Shown here: positions 36,750 through 48,171 of the stretch, piece by piece
Layout: the number at the start of each line of letters is the position of its first letter
How positions within the stretch are numbered: the stretch's first letter is position 1
Source: Chthoniobacteraceae bacterium
Lineage (GTDB): Bacteria; Verrucomicrobiota; Verrucomicrobiia; Chthoniobacterales; Chthoniobacteraceae
Direction: 5' to 3'
Assembly (NCBI GenBank): GCA_031409655.1
Contig: JANNXQ010000195.1
Span: 57,251 to 121,250 of the forward strand
DNA: 64,000 bases
The notes under the pieces: generated by a model
Told to the model about the DNA's origin: nothing
What the model saw: the letters and a program-made list of their open reading frames with translations, nothing else
The model's database searches: none
Translations under genes and position numbers: made by a program

Positions 36750-37541
36750 ATGAATCGGCTGCAAAAAATTCTCGATGTGAAGCGGGCGGAAGTTGCGCGG
36801 TTGCTCCCGCGTGCGGAAAAGCTGCGCGTGGCGGCTTTGCAGCGGGATGATTTCCGGCCCTTCGCGGCAGTGCTCGATCGCGGGCCAGAGGCGCTGGGGC
36901 TAATCGCGGAGGTGAAGAAGGCGAGCCCGAGTGCGGGGGTGATTGCGGCGGATTTTGATCCGGTGGCCATTGCGCAAGGGTATGAAGCGGCGGGGGCGCA
37001 CTGCCTTTCGGTGCTCACGGATGAGCAGTTTTTCCAGGGGCATCTGAGCTATCTCACGTGCATCCGGCAGGCCGTGGCGTTGCCTTGTTTGCGGAAGGAT
37101 TTCATCATTCACGATGTGCAAATCTACGAGGCAGCGGTGGCGGGAGCGGATGCCATCCTGCTCATCGTCGCGGCGCTCACGCAGGCGGAACTCGAGGCGC
37201 TGAATCGCACGGCGGAAGTGTGTCAGCTCGATGTGCTGGTGGAAGTTCACACGCGCGAGGAACTCGATCGCGCGCTGGATCTCGGGGTGCGCCTGCTTGG
37301 GATCAATAATCGCAACCTCACCACTTTCACCGTGGATCTCGCGACGACGGAGGTGCTGAGTGAGGAAGTCCCGGATGAGGTGATCCTCGTCTCGGAGAGC
37401 GGGCTGAAGACGCGCGCGGATACTCAGCGGGCTTTCGCGGCGGGGTGTAATGCGATCCTCGTCGGCGAGAGTCTCATGCGGACGGGGGATGTCGCGGGGC
37501 AGGTGGCGGAACTGCTCGGCGTGAGCACCGGTCCGGCGTAG
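36750..37541 (+). CDS. trpC: Indole-3-glycerol phosphate synthase
   Basis: 'IAEVKKASPSAG', 'LSVLTD', 'LRKDFI', 'GINNRNL', 'VSESG', 'LVGESLM'. Confidence 0.97.
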   Translation: MNRLQKILDVKRAEVARLLPRAEKLRVAALQRDDFRPFAAVLDRGPEALGLIAEVKKASPSAGVIAADFDPVAIAQGYEAAGAHCLSVLTDEQFFQGHLSYLTCIRQAVALPCLRKDFIIHDVQIYEAAVAGADAILLIVAALTQAELEALNRTAEVCQLDVLVEVHTREELDRALDLGVRLLGINNRNLTTFTVDLATTEVLSEEVPDEVILVSESGLKTRADTQRAFAAGCNAILVGESLMRTGDVAGQVAELLGVSTGPA

Positions 37542-37548
37542 GCAGGAG

Positions 37549-37592
37549 TCTTCTTCTTCCTCTGCTTCCCATTGGGGAGGAAGAGGAAGAGG
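37549..37592. repeat. Purine/pyrimidine hairpin between convergent trpC and rarA (possible terminator)
   Basis: TCTTCTTCTTCCTCTGCTTCCC ... GGGAGGAAGAGGAAGAG. Confidence 0.5.
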
Positions 37593-37599
37593 GTGAGCG

Positions 37600-38949
37600 C
37601 TACGCTCCTTTCGTCCCAGCGTTCTCGAAAAGCGCTCGCCAGTATTCCAGCCGTTCCTTCACGCGCTTTTCGTGGCCTTGATCGCCGGGTTCGTAGTAGC
37701 GGCGGCCTTGGGGGAGATAAGCTTGCGGGACATACGCGCCCTCGAAGTTGTGGCTGTACTGGTAGCCTTCGTGGCCGAAGGCCTTCTTCGCGCGCTGGCT
37801 CCCGCCGTCGCGGAGATGGCGCGGCACGGCGAGGGTCACGCCTTCCGCAACTTCCTTTTTTGCAGCAAGGATGGCGGCGTAGGCGCGGTTTGATTTCGGC
37901 GCGGTGGCGAGATAGACGGTGGCGTGGGCGAGGGGAATCTGCGCTTCGGGAAGGCCGATAGATTCCACCGCCTGCTGCGCGGCGACGGCAAGGATGAGGC
38001 CCTGCGGATCGGCCATGCCGATGTCTTCGCTGGCCGAGATGACGAGGCGGCGCGCGATGAAGCGGATGTCTTCTCCCGCGTGCAACATTTTCGCGAGCCA
38101 GTAGAGGGCGGCGTCCGGGTCGCTGCCGCGGATGCTCTTTATAAATGCGCTGATGGTGTCGTAGTGCTGGTCGCCGTCGGCGTCATAGACGACGGCCTTT
38201 TTCTGGATGGATTCCTCGGCGATCGCGCGGTCGATGCGGATCACGCCATCGGCACCGGGCGGGGTGGTGACGACGGCGATCTCGAGCGCATTCAGGCAGC
38301 GGCGGGCGTCACCATCGGCCGTGATGGCGAGATGCATGAGGGCGTCGGCGGCGATCTCGATGCGCTCCTGGCCGAAGCCGCGCGTTTCGTCGGCCAGCGC
38401 GCGCTTTTGCAAGGCGAGGAGACTCTCGGGAGCGAGCGGCTCGAGTTGGAAGACTTGCGAGCGCGAGACGAGCGGGCTGTTGATGTAGAAGAAAGGATTG
38501 TGCGTCGTGGCGCCGATAAGCCGCACGGTGCCGCGCTCGACATCGGGGAGGAGCACGTCCTGCTGGGCCTTGTTCCAGCGGTGGATTTCGTCGATGAAAA
38601 GGATCGTCTTCACGCCGCTGGTTACACGATTCGCAGCGGTGGCGATGACGCGGCGGAGATCGGCCACATTGCTCTCCACGCCGCTGAGCCGCTCGAAGCG
38701 CGAACTGGTGGCCTGCGCGATGATCTCGGCGAGCGTCGTCTTCCCCGTGCCCGGCGGGCCGAAGAGGATGATCGAGGAAATGCGGTCCGCCTCGATCGCG
38801 CGCCGCAGCAGTTTGCCGGGACCGAGGATGTGCTCCTGCCCGGCATACTCGTCGAGCGTGCGCGGGCGCATGCGCTGGGCGAGGGGCGCGGCGGCGTTCG
38901 TCGCCGGGGTGGGCTCGGAAGGTGTGGGGTTGGAAAACAGGTCCGACAT
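37600..38949 (-). CDS. rarA: Replication-associated recombination protein A (MgsA)
   Basis: 'PLAQRMRPRTL', GPPGTGKTT, 'FIDEIHR', 'HYDTISAFIKSIRGSDPDAA', 'ASEDIG.ADP', 'APKSN'. Confidence 0.96.
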   Translation of the reverse strand: MSDLFSNPTPSEPTPATNAAAPLAQRMRPRTLDEYAGQEHILGPGKLLRRAIEADRISSIILFGPPGTGKTTLAEIIAQATSSRFERLSGVESNVADLRRVIATAANRVTSGVKTILFIDEIHRWNKAQQDVLLPDVERGTVRLIGATTHNPFFYINSPLVSRSQVFQLEPLAPESLLALQKRALADETRGFGQERIEIAADALMHLAITADGDARRCLNALEIAVVTTPPGADGVIRIDRAIAEESIQKKAVVYDADGDQHYDTISAFIKSIRGSDPDAALYWLAKMLHAGEDIRFIARRLVISASEDIGMADPQGLILAVAAQQAVESIGLPEAQIPLAHATVYLATAPKSNRAYAAILAAKKEVAEGVTLAVPRHLRDGGSQRAKKAFGHEGYQYSHNFEGAYVPQAYLPQGRRYYEPGDQGHEKRVKERLEYWRALFENAGTKGA

Positions 38950-39082
38950 CGCGGAGACGGTAAGCTGCGGAATCGCAGATGACGAACCCGAAGCCAAGCG
39001 ACGCTCAGCTTCCAGCAAGGAATGGCAGGACTGGGAGCGCGGGAACGTGTAACTTCAGGGAAACAAAAAGAAGGAGTCCTCA

Positions 39083-39526
39083 ATGAAATCAATTCTCGTC
39101 CCCGTGGATTTTTCTGACGCCACGCCCCAAGTCATCGAAACGGCCACGCAGATGGCGCGCGCTTTCGGCGGGCGGATCGTGCTCCTGCATGTCGTCGAGC
39201 CGGAGCCGGATTTTGTAGGCTTCGAGCCCGGGCCCGTCCCGCTGCGGATGAGCGTGGCGCGTGATTTTAAGGAAGAGCATCTGAAGCTCGAGGAGCTCAA
39301 AAAATCCCTCGCCACCTCGGGGCTCGAAGTCATGGCCCTGCAGATCCGCGGTTCCACGGCGGACAAAATCCTGCACGAAGCCACGACGCAGGAAGCCGAC
39401 CTCATCATTATGGGTTCGCACGGCCACGGCGCGCTCTACGAGATCCTCGTGGGCAGCGTGACGACCGGGGTGCTGAAGAGCGCGCAGTGCCCGGTGGTCG
39501 TGGTGCCAGTGCGGCGGAAGGAATAG
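39083..39526 (+). CDS. Universal stress protein
   Basis: 'ILVPVDFS', 'LIIMGSHG', 'GSVT..VL..AQCPVVVVP'; AAGGAG RBS. Confidence 0.95.
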   Translation: MKSILVPVDFSDATPQVIETATQMARAFGGRIVLLHVVEPEPDFVGFEPGPVPLRMSVARDFKEEHLKLEELKKSLATSGLEVMALQIRGSTADKILHEATTQEADLIIMGSHGHGALYEILVGSVTTGVLKSAQCPVVVVPVRRKE

Positions 39527-39602
39527 TGAATGGTGATCGGGGATGGGTCAGGGGATGAGCGCACGCTTGCGGCTGCGGAGGCAGCCCGCTACGGCGTACG
39601 CC

Positions 39603-40472
39603 ATGCGCCCGTTCCTCCTCCTCGCCTTCATCGCGTCCACTGCTTTTGCGGCAGAAGACTATCCCCTCGGCCCCGACTCGCAGCCGCGCGAGGTGCCGCA
39701 CGGCGCGGTGAAAAAGATGCCAGCGTTTGAGACCAGTGCGGTCTTCCCGGGCACCACGCGGGACTGGTGGCTCTACGTCCCGGCGCAATACCGGGCCGAC
39801 AAACCGGCGTGCGTCATGGTCTTCTTCGACGGCGGCGGTTACGTGAAGATGGATGGCTCCTCGCGCGTGCCTGTGGTCTTCGACAATCTCATCGCCGCGA
39901 AGCAAATGCCGGTGACGATCGGCGTCTTCATCCAGCCCGGTTCCTTCAAGGCCGGCGCGGTGGCCGGTGCGAAGGATCGCTCGAATCGCAGCTTTGAATA
40001 CGACTCGCTGGGCGACGCCAACGCGCGCTTCATCCTCGATGAAGTGATGGCCGCGGTGGCGAGGGATTACAACCTGACCAAGGACCCCGCCGGCTGGGCA
40101 ATCGCCGGTGCCTCGAGCGGAGGCATCGCGGCTTTCACCGTCGCGTGGGAGCGGCCGGAGCGCTTCAGCAAAGTGGTGAGCTGGATCGGCAGCTTCACCA
40201 ACATCCGCGGTGGCTACGTCTATCCCGCACTCATTCGGCAAACGAAGGCCAAGCCAAAGCCCCTGCGCGTCTTCCTCCAGGACGGCAGTGCCGACCTCGA
40301 CAACCTCCACGGCAACTGGCCGCTCTCGAACCAAGACCTGGCTGCCGCGCTGAAATTTGCGGGCTACGACTACCGCTTCGAATTCGGCACCGGCGGCCAC
40401 AGCCCGAAGCATGGTGGTTCGATTTTCCCCGACACCCTGCGCTGGCTCTGGCGGGATTTTCCGAAGGAGTGA
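39603..40472 (+). CDS. Secreted Fes-like esterase (alpha/beta hydrolase)
   Basis: Signal peptide, 'YVPAQY', 'NRSFEYD', nucleophile GASSGG, 'GGHS'. Confidence 0.9.
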   Translation: MRPFLLLAFIASTAFAAEDYPLGPDSQPREVPHGAVKKMPAFETSAVFPGTTRDWWLYVPAQYRADKPACVMVFFDGGGYVKMDGSSRVPVVFDNLIAAKQMPVTIGVFIQPGSFKAGAVAGAKDRSNRSFEYDSLGDANARFILDEVMAAVARDYNLTKDPAGWAIAGASSGGIAAFTVAWERPERFSKVVSWIGSFTNIRGGYVYPALIRQTKAKPKPLRVFLQDGSADLDNLHGNWPLSNQDLAAALKFAGYDYRFEFGTGGHSPKHGGSIFPDTLRWLWRDFPKE

Positions 40473-40593
40473 GGGTCACAATCCGGGGAAGTCCGGCGCC
40501 GGAAGACTGGTCCCGTTGCTTGACTCTCGCCGGGGCGTTTTGCAGCCCTTTTAAGAACTTCCAAAGGCGCGGCTCGATCGCCATTTTTCCAGG

Positions 40594-41037
40594 ATGAAGC
40601 GGTTTGTCTCCATCCTGATTGTCGGCGGCGCGTGTGCCTACATCGGTTATCTCTATTGGACGGATTACCGCTCCGAGGTCGAGGCCTTCATCCAACCGGT
40701 GATCGCCGCGGTGGCCGGTCAGTCGCCTGCGGAACCGACGCCGATTCCAGAGCCTGCGCCAGTTCCTCAGTTACCGCCCCGCGAGGCCGTGCGCCGGGTT
40801 GCGCCGCCGGGTGTCTTCTACATGCTCGAGCGGGTGAAGATGACGAAGGACTTCGCCGTCCTGGCGATCGTGCCCGGGGAGGAAGTGCGGCTCATGCAGC
40901 GCCTCCCAAAGGGCCGGCTGCGCGTGACGACGGGTCGCTACGACTTTGAGGTGAACGAATCGCAGGTGACCCAGGACTATGATCTGGCGCAAGCCGTGGC
41001 TCGCAATCCCAGCATCGCGGAGACGCTGAAACGGTGA
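40594..41037 (+). CDS. Hypothetical membrane-anchored protein
   Basis: N-terminal TM, Pro-rich linker, fits the gap before dprA. Confidence 0.7.
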   Translation: MKRFVSILIVGGACAYIGYLYWTDYRSEVEAFIQPVIAAVAGQSPAEPTPIPEPAPVPQLPPREAVRRVAPPGVFYMLERVKMTKDFAVLAIVPGEEVRLMQRLPKGRLRVTTGRYDFEVNESQVTQDYDLAQAVARNPSIAETLKR

Positions 41038-41067
41038 TCATTTACAGGACATGAAGCGCGCCGCTCA

Positions 41068-42165
41068 ATGACCGAGACCGAAGCCTGCATCGCACTGAAC
41101 ATGGTGCCGAAACTCGGCCCGGTGAAGATGCGCAATCTGCTCGAGGCTTTTGCGACGCCGGAGCGGATCCTCCTCGCGAGAGCGGCGGAGTTGCGGACCA
41201 TCAAAGGCGTCGGCGACGAGTTGGCGTCGGCGATTGCGGCTTGGGAGAGTCATGTGGATCTCGCGGCGGAGCTGGACCGCGTCCGGGATTTTGGAGCGAA
41301 AGTGATCACGCAATCTTCGACCGAATATCCGCGCCAACTCCGTCAGATTCACAACCCGCCCATCTTACTCTATGTCTGGGGCGAACTGACTCCGGCGGAT
41401 CATCGCGCGATCAGCATCGTCGGCTCGCGCAAGACCTCTCACTACGGGCTCGAGTGCGCAAAGAAGATCGCCTACCAGCTCGCCTACTCCGGACTCACCG
41501 TCGTCAGCGGATTGGCGCGGGGTATCGACACCGCCGCCCATCAAGGCGCGCTCGCGGCGAAAGGCCGGACGGTCGGGGTGATCGGCTCGGGACTCATGGA
41601 TTTCTATCCGCCGGAAAATCTCGGGCTCGCTGAGAAGATCACGGCCTCCGGTGCGGTCGTCTCGGAGTTTCCCATGACCTTCCCGCCGAATCCGCAGACC
41701 TTCCCTTACCGGAACCGCATCGTCGCTGGCTGGGGAGAAGGCTTGCTCGTCGTCGAGGCGGGCCTGAACAGCGGCGCCCTCATCACCGCCGGACAGGCCC
41801 TCGAGCAAGGCCGGCTCGTCTATGCGATCCCCGGCCAGATCGACAAGCCGACCGCCGCCGGCTCGAACCGCCTCATCCAGCAAGGTGCCAAGCTCGTCAC
41901 CGGAGCCCACGACATCTTCGACGATCTCACCGCCCTTTTTCCCGAGCGCCCGACCCCGGAAGTCACCGTGGCGGCGCGCCTCGATCGCCTCTCCGAAGAC
42001 GAACGGACGATCCTCGAAGCGGTGGAGAAAGACGAAATTGGGCTCGACGCCATCGTTGCAAAATCCGGCCTCCCCATCCAGCGGGTCTCGTCCGGCCTGC
42101 TCGCTCTCGAAATGAAGCGCCTGGTCAAACAGTTGCCGGGTCAGCAGTTCGTGCGGCTCGCTTGA
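41068..42165 (+). CDS. dprA: DNA-processing protein DprA
   Basis: 'IVGSRK', 'VVSGLARGIDTAAH', 'FPYRNRIVAG', 'VVEAG..SGALITA', C-terminal winged helix. Confidence 0.96.
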   Translation: MTETEACIALNMVPKLGPVKMRNLLEAFATPERILLARAAELRTIKGVGDELASAIAAWESHVDLAAELDRVRDFGAKVITQSSTEYPRQLRQIHNPPILLYVWGELTPADHRAISIVGSRKTSHYGLECAKKIAYQLAYSGLTVVSGLARGIDTAAHQGALAAKGRTVGVIGSGLMDFYPPENLGLAEKITASGAVVSEFPMTFPPNPQTFPYRNRIVAGWGEGLLVVEAGLNSGALITAGQALEQGRLVYAIPGQIDKPTAAGSNRLIQQGAKLVTGAHDIFDDLTALFPERPTPEVTVAARLDRLSEDERTILEAVEKDEIGLDAIVAKSGLPIQRVSSGLLALEMKRLVKQLPGQQFVRLA

Positions 42166-43323
<1,158 letters not shown>

Positions 43324-43530
43324 GCCGACAGGAAGGGGGTGGGAGTCCGGAGTGGGTGCGACGAGGGCGAAGACCCTCGCAAAGTTGAGAGGAGTTGACC
43401 GTGCGTTTAGAGGGCCCTACTCCCCGATGGGAGGATTTCCAAACCAATGCGCTGATCGATTCTGCGGATTCAGGCTGTTTTGAGCATGGAGAAGGGATTT
43501 AAGAAGTTATGGAGGGGATGGTGGATGTGA

Positions 43531-43546
43531 CGGCATGTGAGTTGCT
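43531..43546 (+). promoter_or_regulatory. Sigma54 (-24/-12) promoter candidate
   Basis: CGGCATGTGAGTTGCT versus consensus TGGCACG-N4-TTGCW, exact GG-N10-GC spacing, upstream of the pilin cassette. Confidence 0.65.
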
Positions 43547-43627
43547 TATTTTGACCGAGTGGCACTCCGCCGTCCCTCTCATCCAAATTTTCCAGCCGCG
43601 CATTTCGACCGGCCTGCTGCCTTGGCG

Positions 43628-44089
43628 ATGCAACGCAGCATGTCCCCTGGCGCCTTCTCCATCGTCCAGGCGCTTATGGCGATGGCGATCGTCGTCATTG
43701 CTGGCATGGCGTCCGTCCAGACGCTCGTCCTCACGAACCGCAAGGCCGCCTCAATGCGCACGTTGAACAACGCGCGAGCCATTGTACAACGAAACATCGA
43801 TACCGTCCTCGGTGTCCCCTTCAGTGCGACTCAGCAACACCCAGCATTCGCGCTGACTTCCGCACTCGGTTCCGCTTACGACGAAGACAGCGACGGTGAT
43901 TTCAACGTGAAAATCACCCAGCAGAGCAACGGCACGACTGGCCCGGTCAACGGCACCCTCACCCGCATCGTCACCGCCGAGGCCAACTCTGCCGGCGTAG
44001 ATATCCGTCGAATCACCTTTCGCATTGATTACACCGTCCGTTCGCGGGCGATGTCCTTCTCCATGACTACGCTCCGCGCCACTGATTGA
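43628..44089 (+). CDS. Type IV pilin-like protein (PilV-like)
   Basis: GA/FSIVQALMAMAIVVIAG pilin helix (Gln at +5); alternative GTG start 43559. Confidence 0.75.
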   Translation: MQRSMSPGAFSIVQALMAMAIVVIAGMASVQTLVLTNRKAASMRTLNNARAIVQRNIDTVLGVPFSATQQHPAFALTSALGSAYDEDSDGDFNVKITQQSNGTTGPVNGTLTRIVTAEANSAGVDIRRITFRIDYTVRSRAMSFSMTTLRATD

Positions 44090-44090
44090 T

Positions 44091-44966
44091 ATGAGACTTC
44101 GCCACTCCTCCGAAGGTCGTGCGGGCTTCACCCTGGTTGAAGTCCTCGTTGGCATGACCATCGGCGTGCTCGTGAGCCTAGGGGTCTTTGCCTTCATCGA
44201 CACCAGTTCGATGCTCACGGCCCGCAACCTCTCGGTGAATCTCACAAGCGACTCAATCCGTGGCTCCCTGGATCGCGTCGAACAATTGATCCAGTCGGCC
44301 GACACCATGCCCGTGCTCGTCAATACGTCGGGCACGACGAGTGCCGGTCCGGCTGCCGGAGTGCGGTTCGATCGCTATGTCGGAGGCACCTACGTGGTCA
44401 ACCCTCCTGCAACCACCCTGGCATCGGGAGTCTCCAGCCTCTCTTTAGTATTTTCGACGAGTAGCGTCTCCTCAGCCGTGAATCCGACTCAAGGAGATAT
44501 CCTCCGGATTGATGGGACGCCGGCAACCCTGCGGCCAAAAATTGGCGCGCCCCCATTCACGTCATCCATTCCCGCGCTCGGACGGCGTTCTTTCACCGTT
44601 CCACTTACCGGCTCACTCGGAACCGCCGTGAGTTCCTCTTCGGGAATACGGGCAAAGCTGGTCCGCGATGTTGCGGTGATTGTGATGCCGACCGCATCGG
44701 GAAAGCAACTGCGCTACTACGCGGATTTCGGCGCGACGGCCGATCTCAACGACGTTACAAAGTATGTCGTGATCACCGATCAAGTGGGGCTGCAGACGAT
44801 TGATGCAACTCCGTTTTCCCTCGAAACCATTGGGGGAAAAAGCTTCGTAAAAATGTCACTCCGCGTCCGCGCTAGTAACTTCGATCGCCGACTTTCTGGC
44901 AAGCAAGCCGATCAATTCAACACAATTTCCCAAGTGGATACCTTCATGCGGCCAAAAATAGAATAA
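44091..44966 (+). CDS. Type IV pilin-like protein (PilW-like)
   Basis: RAG/FTLVEVLVGMTIGVLVSLGVF. Confidence 0.85.
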   Translation: MRLRHSSEGRAGFTLVEVLVGMTIGVLVSLGVFAFIDTSSMLTARNLSVNLTSDSIRGSLDRVEQLIQSADTMPVLVNTSGTTSAGPAAGVRFDRYVGGTYVVNPPATTLASGVSSLSLVFSTSSVSSAVNPTQGDILRIDGTPATLRPKIGAPPFTSSIPALGRRSFTVPLTGSLGTAVSSSSGIRAKLVRDVAVIVMPTASGKQLRYYADFGATADLNDVTKYVVITDQVGLQTIDATPFSLETIGGKSFVKMSLRVRASNFDRRLSGKQADQFNTISQVDTFMRPKIE

Positions 44967-44969
44967 CCT

Positions 44970-46778
44970 GTGCAAATGAATGCCAAGAATACCTCCAACA
45001 CGCACGGAAACGCGTTGATCGTTGCTCTCGTCATGGTCGTGGCGATTTCCGGCTTCGTCGCCGTGGCATATGAGGCGACCGACCGCTCGGCCCGTCTCGC
45101 CGATCGCAGTCGCGACTTTGCGGCCGCTCAGGCACTCGCAGAAGGAGCCGTCGAATATGGTTTTGGCGTCTGGAAGGGGCAACTGGCGGCGGTCAATGGT
45201 CCGGTTTCGAGTTCGGCATTTGCCACAATCAGTAGCGCCGCCCCGTCAGTTGTTGGATTTAGCTACGCGGCGCCTTTGGAAATAGACACTGTTGACGCCT
45301 ACGGAGCGATCACCGCCGCCTTGTCCCCGGTGATGGTGGATATGGCCAACTATCCTGGATGGCGGGGGCGCACTTACAACTATTGCGCCCGGGCTATCGT
45401 CCAGCAAAACCAACAGGCCACAAGTGGGCGACCCATCGTTATCGGCGTAAAGCGCAATTTCCAATACTCGGAGGTGCCGCTCTTCCAGGCGATGTATTTC
45501 TACGAACATGACTTTGAGATCTATAAGCCGGCCGATATGATCATCAGCGGCCTTGTTCATACGAACTCCAACGCCTATGTCAGCGGCCAAAACGGGAGTA
45601 ATCTCACCTTCCAAAGCAATGTTTCGTTCGTTGGAGACTACTCTGAAAATGCCCCTCCCACCGGGGCATTGTGGTCTTCCCCGACTGGTTTGCTTCCGCC
45701 CATCTTCCCAAATGGAAAAGCCAATCAACTCAGTGAAGTGCCCCGGATGGAGCCTTTGGGAACTGATCCGATCGGCGTTCTCAATACGGCTGATGCCAAC
45801 CCAAACAACGACAGCTTTCGGGAAATCATTGAGCCGCCTAATAGTTCCTTTTCCGACCCTTCGGAGATCGCCACTCGCCGCCTGTATCACAAGGCTGGGC
45901 TCCGGGTGAACATTAACAGTGGGACGATCACCGTTACCGGGGCAAACGGCCTCACTTTGAGTGCTGCGAAACAGACGGAAGTTCGGAATGCCGTGAGTGC
46001 TTCCGCGACAATCTTCGATCAACGCGAAGGCCGGAATGTGGATGTCCGTTCGGTGGACGTCGGGGCGGTGCGGACGGCTTTGAGCAGCGGGGTCAGTGGT
46101 TTCAATGGCGTCTTTTACATCAACGACACTACTCCGACCTCGGGATCTGACCCGGAACCGAAGACCGTGCGATTGAAAAACGGGGGCGTGCTCCCTGACG
46201 CGGGGCTGACGGTGGTCAGCGAAAACCCGATCTACATTCAAGGCGACTATAATACCGGGACGACTGCTGATCCGAATGCCGTGCCCTCAAACAATGGCGG
46301 CAATCCAAGTAACACCGACAGCCCCACAGTGGCAGGCTACACTCGGAAACCGGCCGCCGTCATCGGTGATGCGGTCATGTTGCTTTCGAACTCCTGGTCG
46401 GACGGTAACTCATCGCTGGCGCTCAGCAATCGAGTGGCTACGCACACGACATTCAATACGGCGATAATTTCGGGGTTCATGCCTTCCGGATACCAGCCCG
46501 CCAGCGGGAGTCAATATGGCTATTCCGGGGGAGCCAATAACTTTCCTAGATTCCTGGAGACTTGGACTAACCAATCCTGTACTTATTTTGGTTCGATGGT
46601 GGAGCTTTTTCAAAGCAAGACATTCACGGGCCGTTGGGATACTGGCGTGATTTATCGGCCTCCGCAACGTCGCTGGAACTATGACACGAGCTTTAGCAAT
46701 GAGCCGCCGCCCGGTTCGGTGAGTGGGACGGCTTGGGCTCGTGGCTCCTGGGCCAAGCTCTATCCTCCGAATTTATGA
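44970..46778 (+). CDS. PilX-like pilin with large beta-rich C-terminal domain
   Basis: HG/NALIVALVMVVAI (no Glu5, PilX/GspK type); 'GLVHTNSN', 'SENPIYIQGDYN', 'GGANNFPRFLETW', 'YRPPQRRWNYD'. Confidence 0.8.
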   Translation: MQMNAKNTSNTHGNALIVALVMVVAISGFVAVAYEATDRSARLADRSRDFAAAQALAEGAVEYGFGVWKGQLAAVNGPVSSSAFATISSAAPSVVGFSYAAPLEIDTVDAYGAITAALSPVMVDMANYPGWRGRTYNYCARAIVQQNQQATSGRPIVIGVKRNFQYSEVPLFQAMYFYEHDFEIYKPADMIISGLVHTNSNAYVSGQNGSNLTFQSNVSFVGDYSENAPPTGALWSSPTGLLPPIFPNGKANQLSEVPRMEPLGTDPIGVLNTADANPNNDSFREIIEPPNSSFSDPSEIATRRLYHKAGLRVNINSGTITVTGANGLTLSAAKQTEVRNAVSASATIFDQREGRNVDVRSVDVGAVRTALSSGVSGFNGVFYINDTTPTSGSDPEPKTVRLKNGGVLPDAGLTVVSENPIYIQGDYNTGTTADPNAVPSNNGGNPSNTDSPTVAGYTRKPAAVIGDAVMLLSNSWSDGNSSLALSNRVATHTTFNTAIISGFMPSGYQPASGSQYGYSGGANNFPRFLETWTNQSCTYFGSMVELFQSKTFTGRWDTGVIYRPPQRRWNYDTSFSNEPPPGSVSGTAWARGSWAKLYPPNL

Positions 46779-47380
46779 AAAGACTATTTCTGCCGCTGGC
46801 CTTTGTGCTCCTCGCGTGTGATCTCAACGGATCGACGGTGGACCTGACACCTCGCTACATCGATACCGAAATTGATGGGATCAAATCTCGGCGCCTGTAT
46901 TTCACCGAAGACGCCAAGAAAATCGGGATCAGTTTGGACCGCGAGACGGAAGTTGCGGCAGATTCCAGTGGGGGCGTGATTTTTCGGTTTCCAAAGGTGG
47001 CCGATGCGAGTTTCCGGATGACGCGTTCAACAATCGGCGCGGACCAGCCGATGAGTGAGGGCTCTCTCGAACAGTATCGAACCACCGCAATATCGCTCGT
47101 TCCTTCGGGAGCAACGGACGTTGTCATTACCGAGGAGACCGCGAACCCGTTGCCAATCAATCGGTGGGTCAGTCATCGTTTCGTCGCCAGTTATCGGATT
47201 GGCGCTGTGGTCATGAAGCAGAGCGTGACCTTCCTGAACCTCAACCCCGAAACGCAGATTATGCTCTTGACGAGCGCTTTCGGAAAAAGCTTTACCGAGG
47301 CGGCGGACCGCTCGTTTCAGATCATCCGGAGTTGGCACGAGGTGCTTCCGGAAGACGAGTCGCGGGTGACGATAAACTAA
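46775..47380 (+). CDS. Exported hypothetical protein (possible lipoprotein)
   Basis: MKRLFLPLAFVLLAC; ATGA overlap with upstream stop. Confidence 0.7.
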   Translation: MKRLFLPLAFVLLACDLNGSTVDLTPRYIDTEIDGIKSRRLYFTEDAKKIGISLDRETEVAADSSGGVIFRFPKVADASFRMTRSTIGADQPMSEGSLEQYRTTAISLVPSGATDVVITEETANPLPINRWVSHRFVASYRIGAVVMKQSVTFLNLNPETQIMLLTSAFGKSFTEAADRSFQIIRSWHEVLPEDESRVTIN

Positions 47381-47408
47381 ACGCCATTTCACGGCGTTAG
47401 TCGTCAAG

Positions 47409-48158
47409 TTATCCGACGGTTTCCCGGGCGGACGCGATGACGTATTCCCGATTCAGTCGGGTAATGACGGTCGCGGGGATCTCCGCGGGGCAGACCGCTT
47501 CGCATTCGAGGTGATTCGAGCAATTGCCGAAGCCCTCCGCGTCCATCTTGCGGACCATTGAAAGGGCGCGTTTGTTGCGTTCAGGTTGACCTTGGGGAAG
47601 GAGCGCCAGGTGGGAGACCTTGGCACCCACGAAGAGCATCGCGGAGCTGTTCGGGCACGCTGCGACGCAGGCCCCGCAACCGATGCAGGCCGCCGCTTCC
47701 ATGGCGGCGTCGGCGTTCGATTTTGGGATGAGGAGACTGTTCGCGTCCTTGGCCGATCCGGTGCGGGCCGTGATGAAGCCGCCCGCCCGCTGGATGCGGT
47801 CGAAAGCGCTGCGATCGACGATCAGATCGCGGACGATTGGAAACGCCCGACCGCGGAATGGTTCGACGTAGATGGTGTCATCGTCCTTAAACTTCCGCAT
47901 GTAGAGTTGGCAGGTTGTGGTCTCACTCGGGCCGTGCGGAACGCCATTGATGCTGAGTGAGCAACTGCCGCAGATTCCTTCCCGGCAGTCGTGGTCGAAG
48001 GCAATGGGATCGATTCCTTTGGCGAGGAGATCCTCATTCACGATATCAAGCATCTCCAGGAAGGAACTATCGGCGGGAATGTCGCGCGCTTCGATATCGG
48101 CCAGTTTGCCCTCGGCGTTGGCTGACTTTTGACGCCAGACTTTCAGGTGGAGATTCAT
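47409..48158 (-). CDS. sdhB: Succinate dehydrogenase/fumarate reductase Fe-S subunit
   Basis: 'CREGICGSC', 'CIGCGACVAAC', 'CSNHLECEAVCP'. Confidence 0.96.
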   Translation of the reverse strand: MNLHLKVWRQKSANAEGKLADIEARDIPADSSFLEMLDIVNEDLLAKGIDPIAFDHDCREGICGSCSLSINGVPHGPSETTTCQLYMRKFKDDDTIYVEPFRGRAFPIVRDLIVDRSAFDRIQRAGGFITARTGSAKDANSLLIPKSNADAAMEAAACIGCGACVAACPNSSAMLFVGAKVSHLALLPQGQPERNKRALSMVRKMDAEGFGNCSNHLECEAVCPAEIPATVITRLNREYVIASARETVG

Positions 48159-48171
48159 AAGTCTCGGAATG

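Noticed and set aside
37600..42165. Competence or DNA-uptake island (rarA, dprA, with ligase, mutL and pilins)
   Set aside because: Genes are dispersed among unrelated housekeeping genes; no comEC, comEA or comF in the window
43362..43379. Hairpin CGAGGG-N6-CCCTCG after leuB as terminator or ncRNA
   Set aside because: Short stem, no U-tract, no recognisable RNA family
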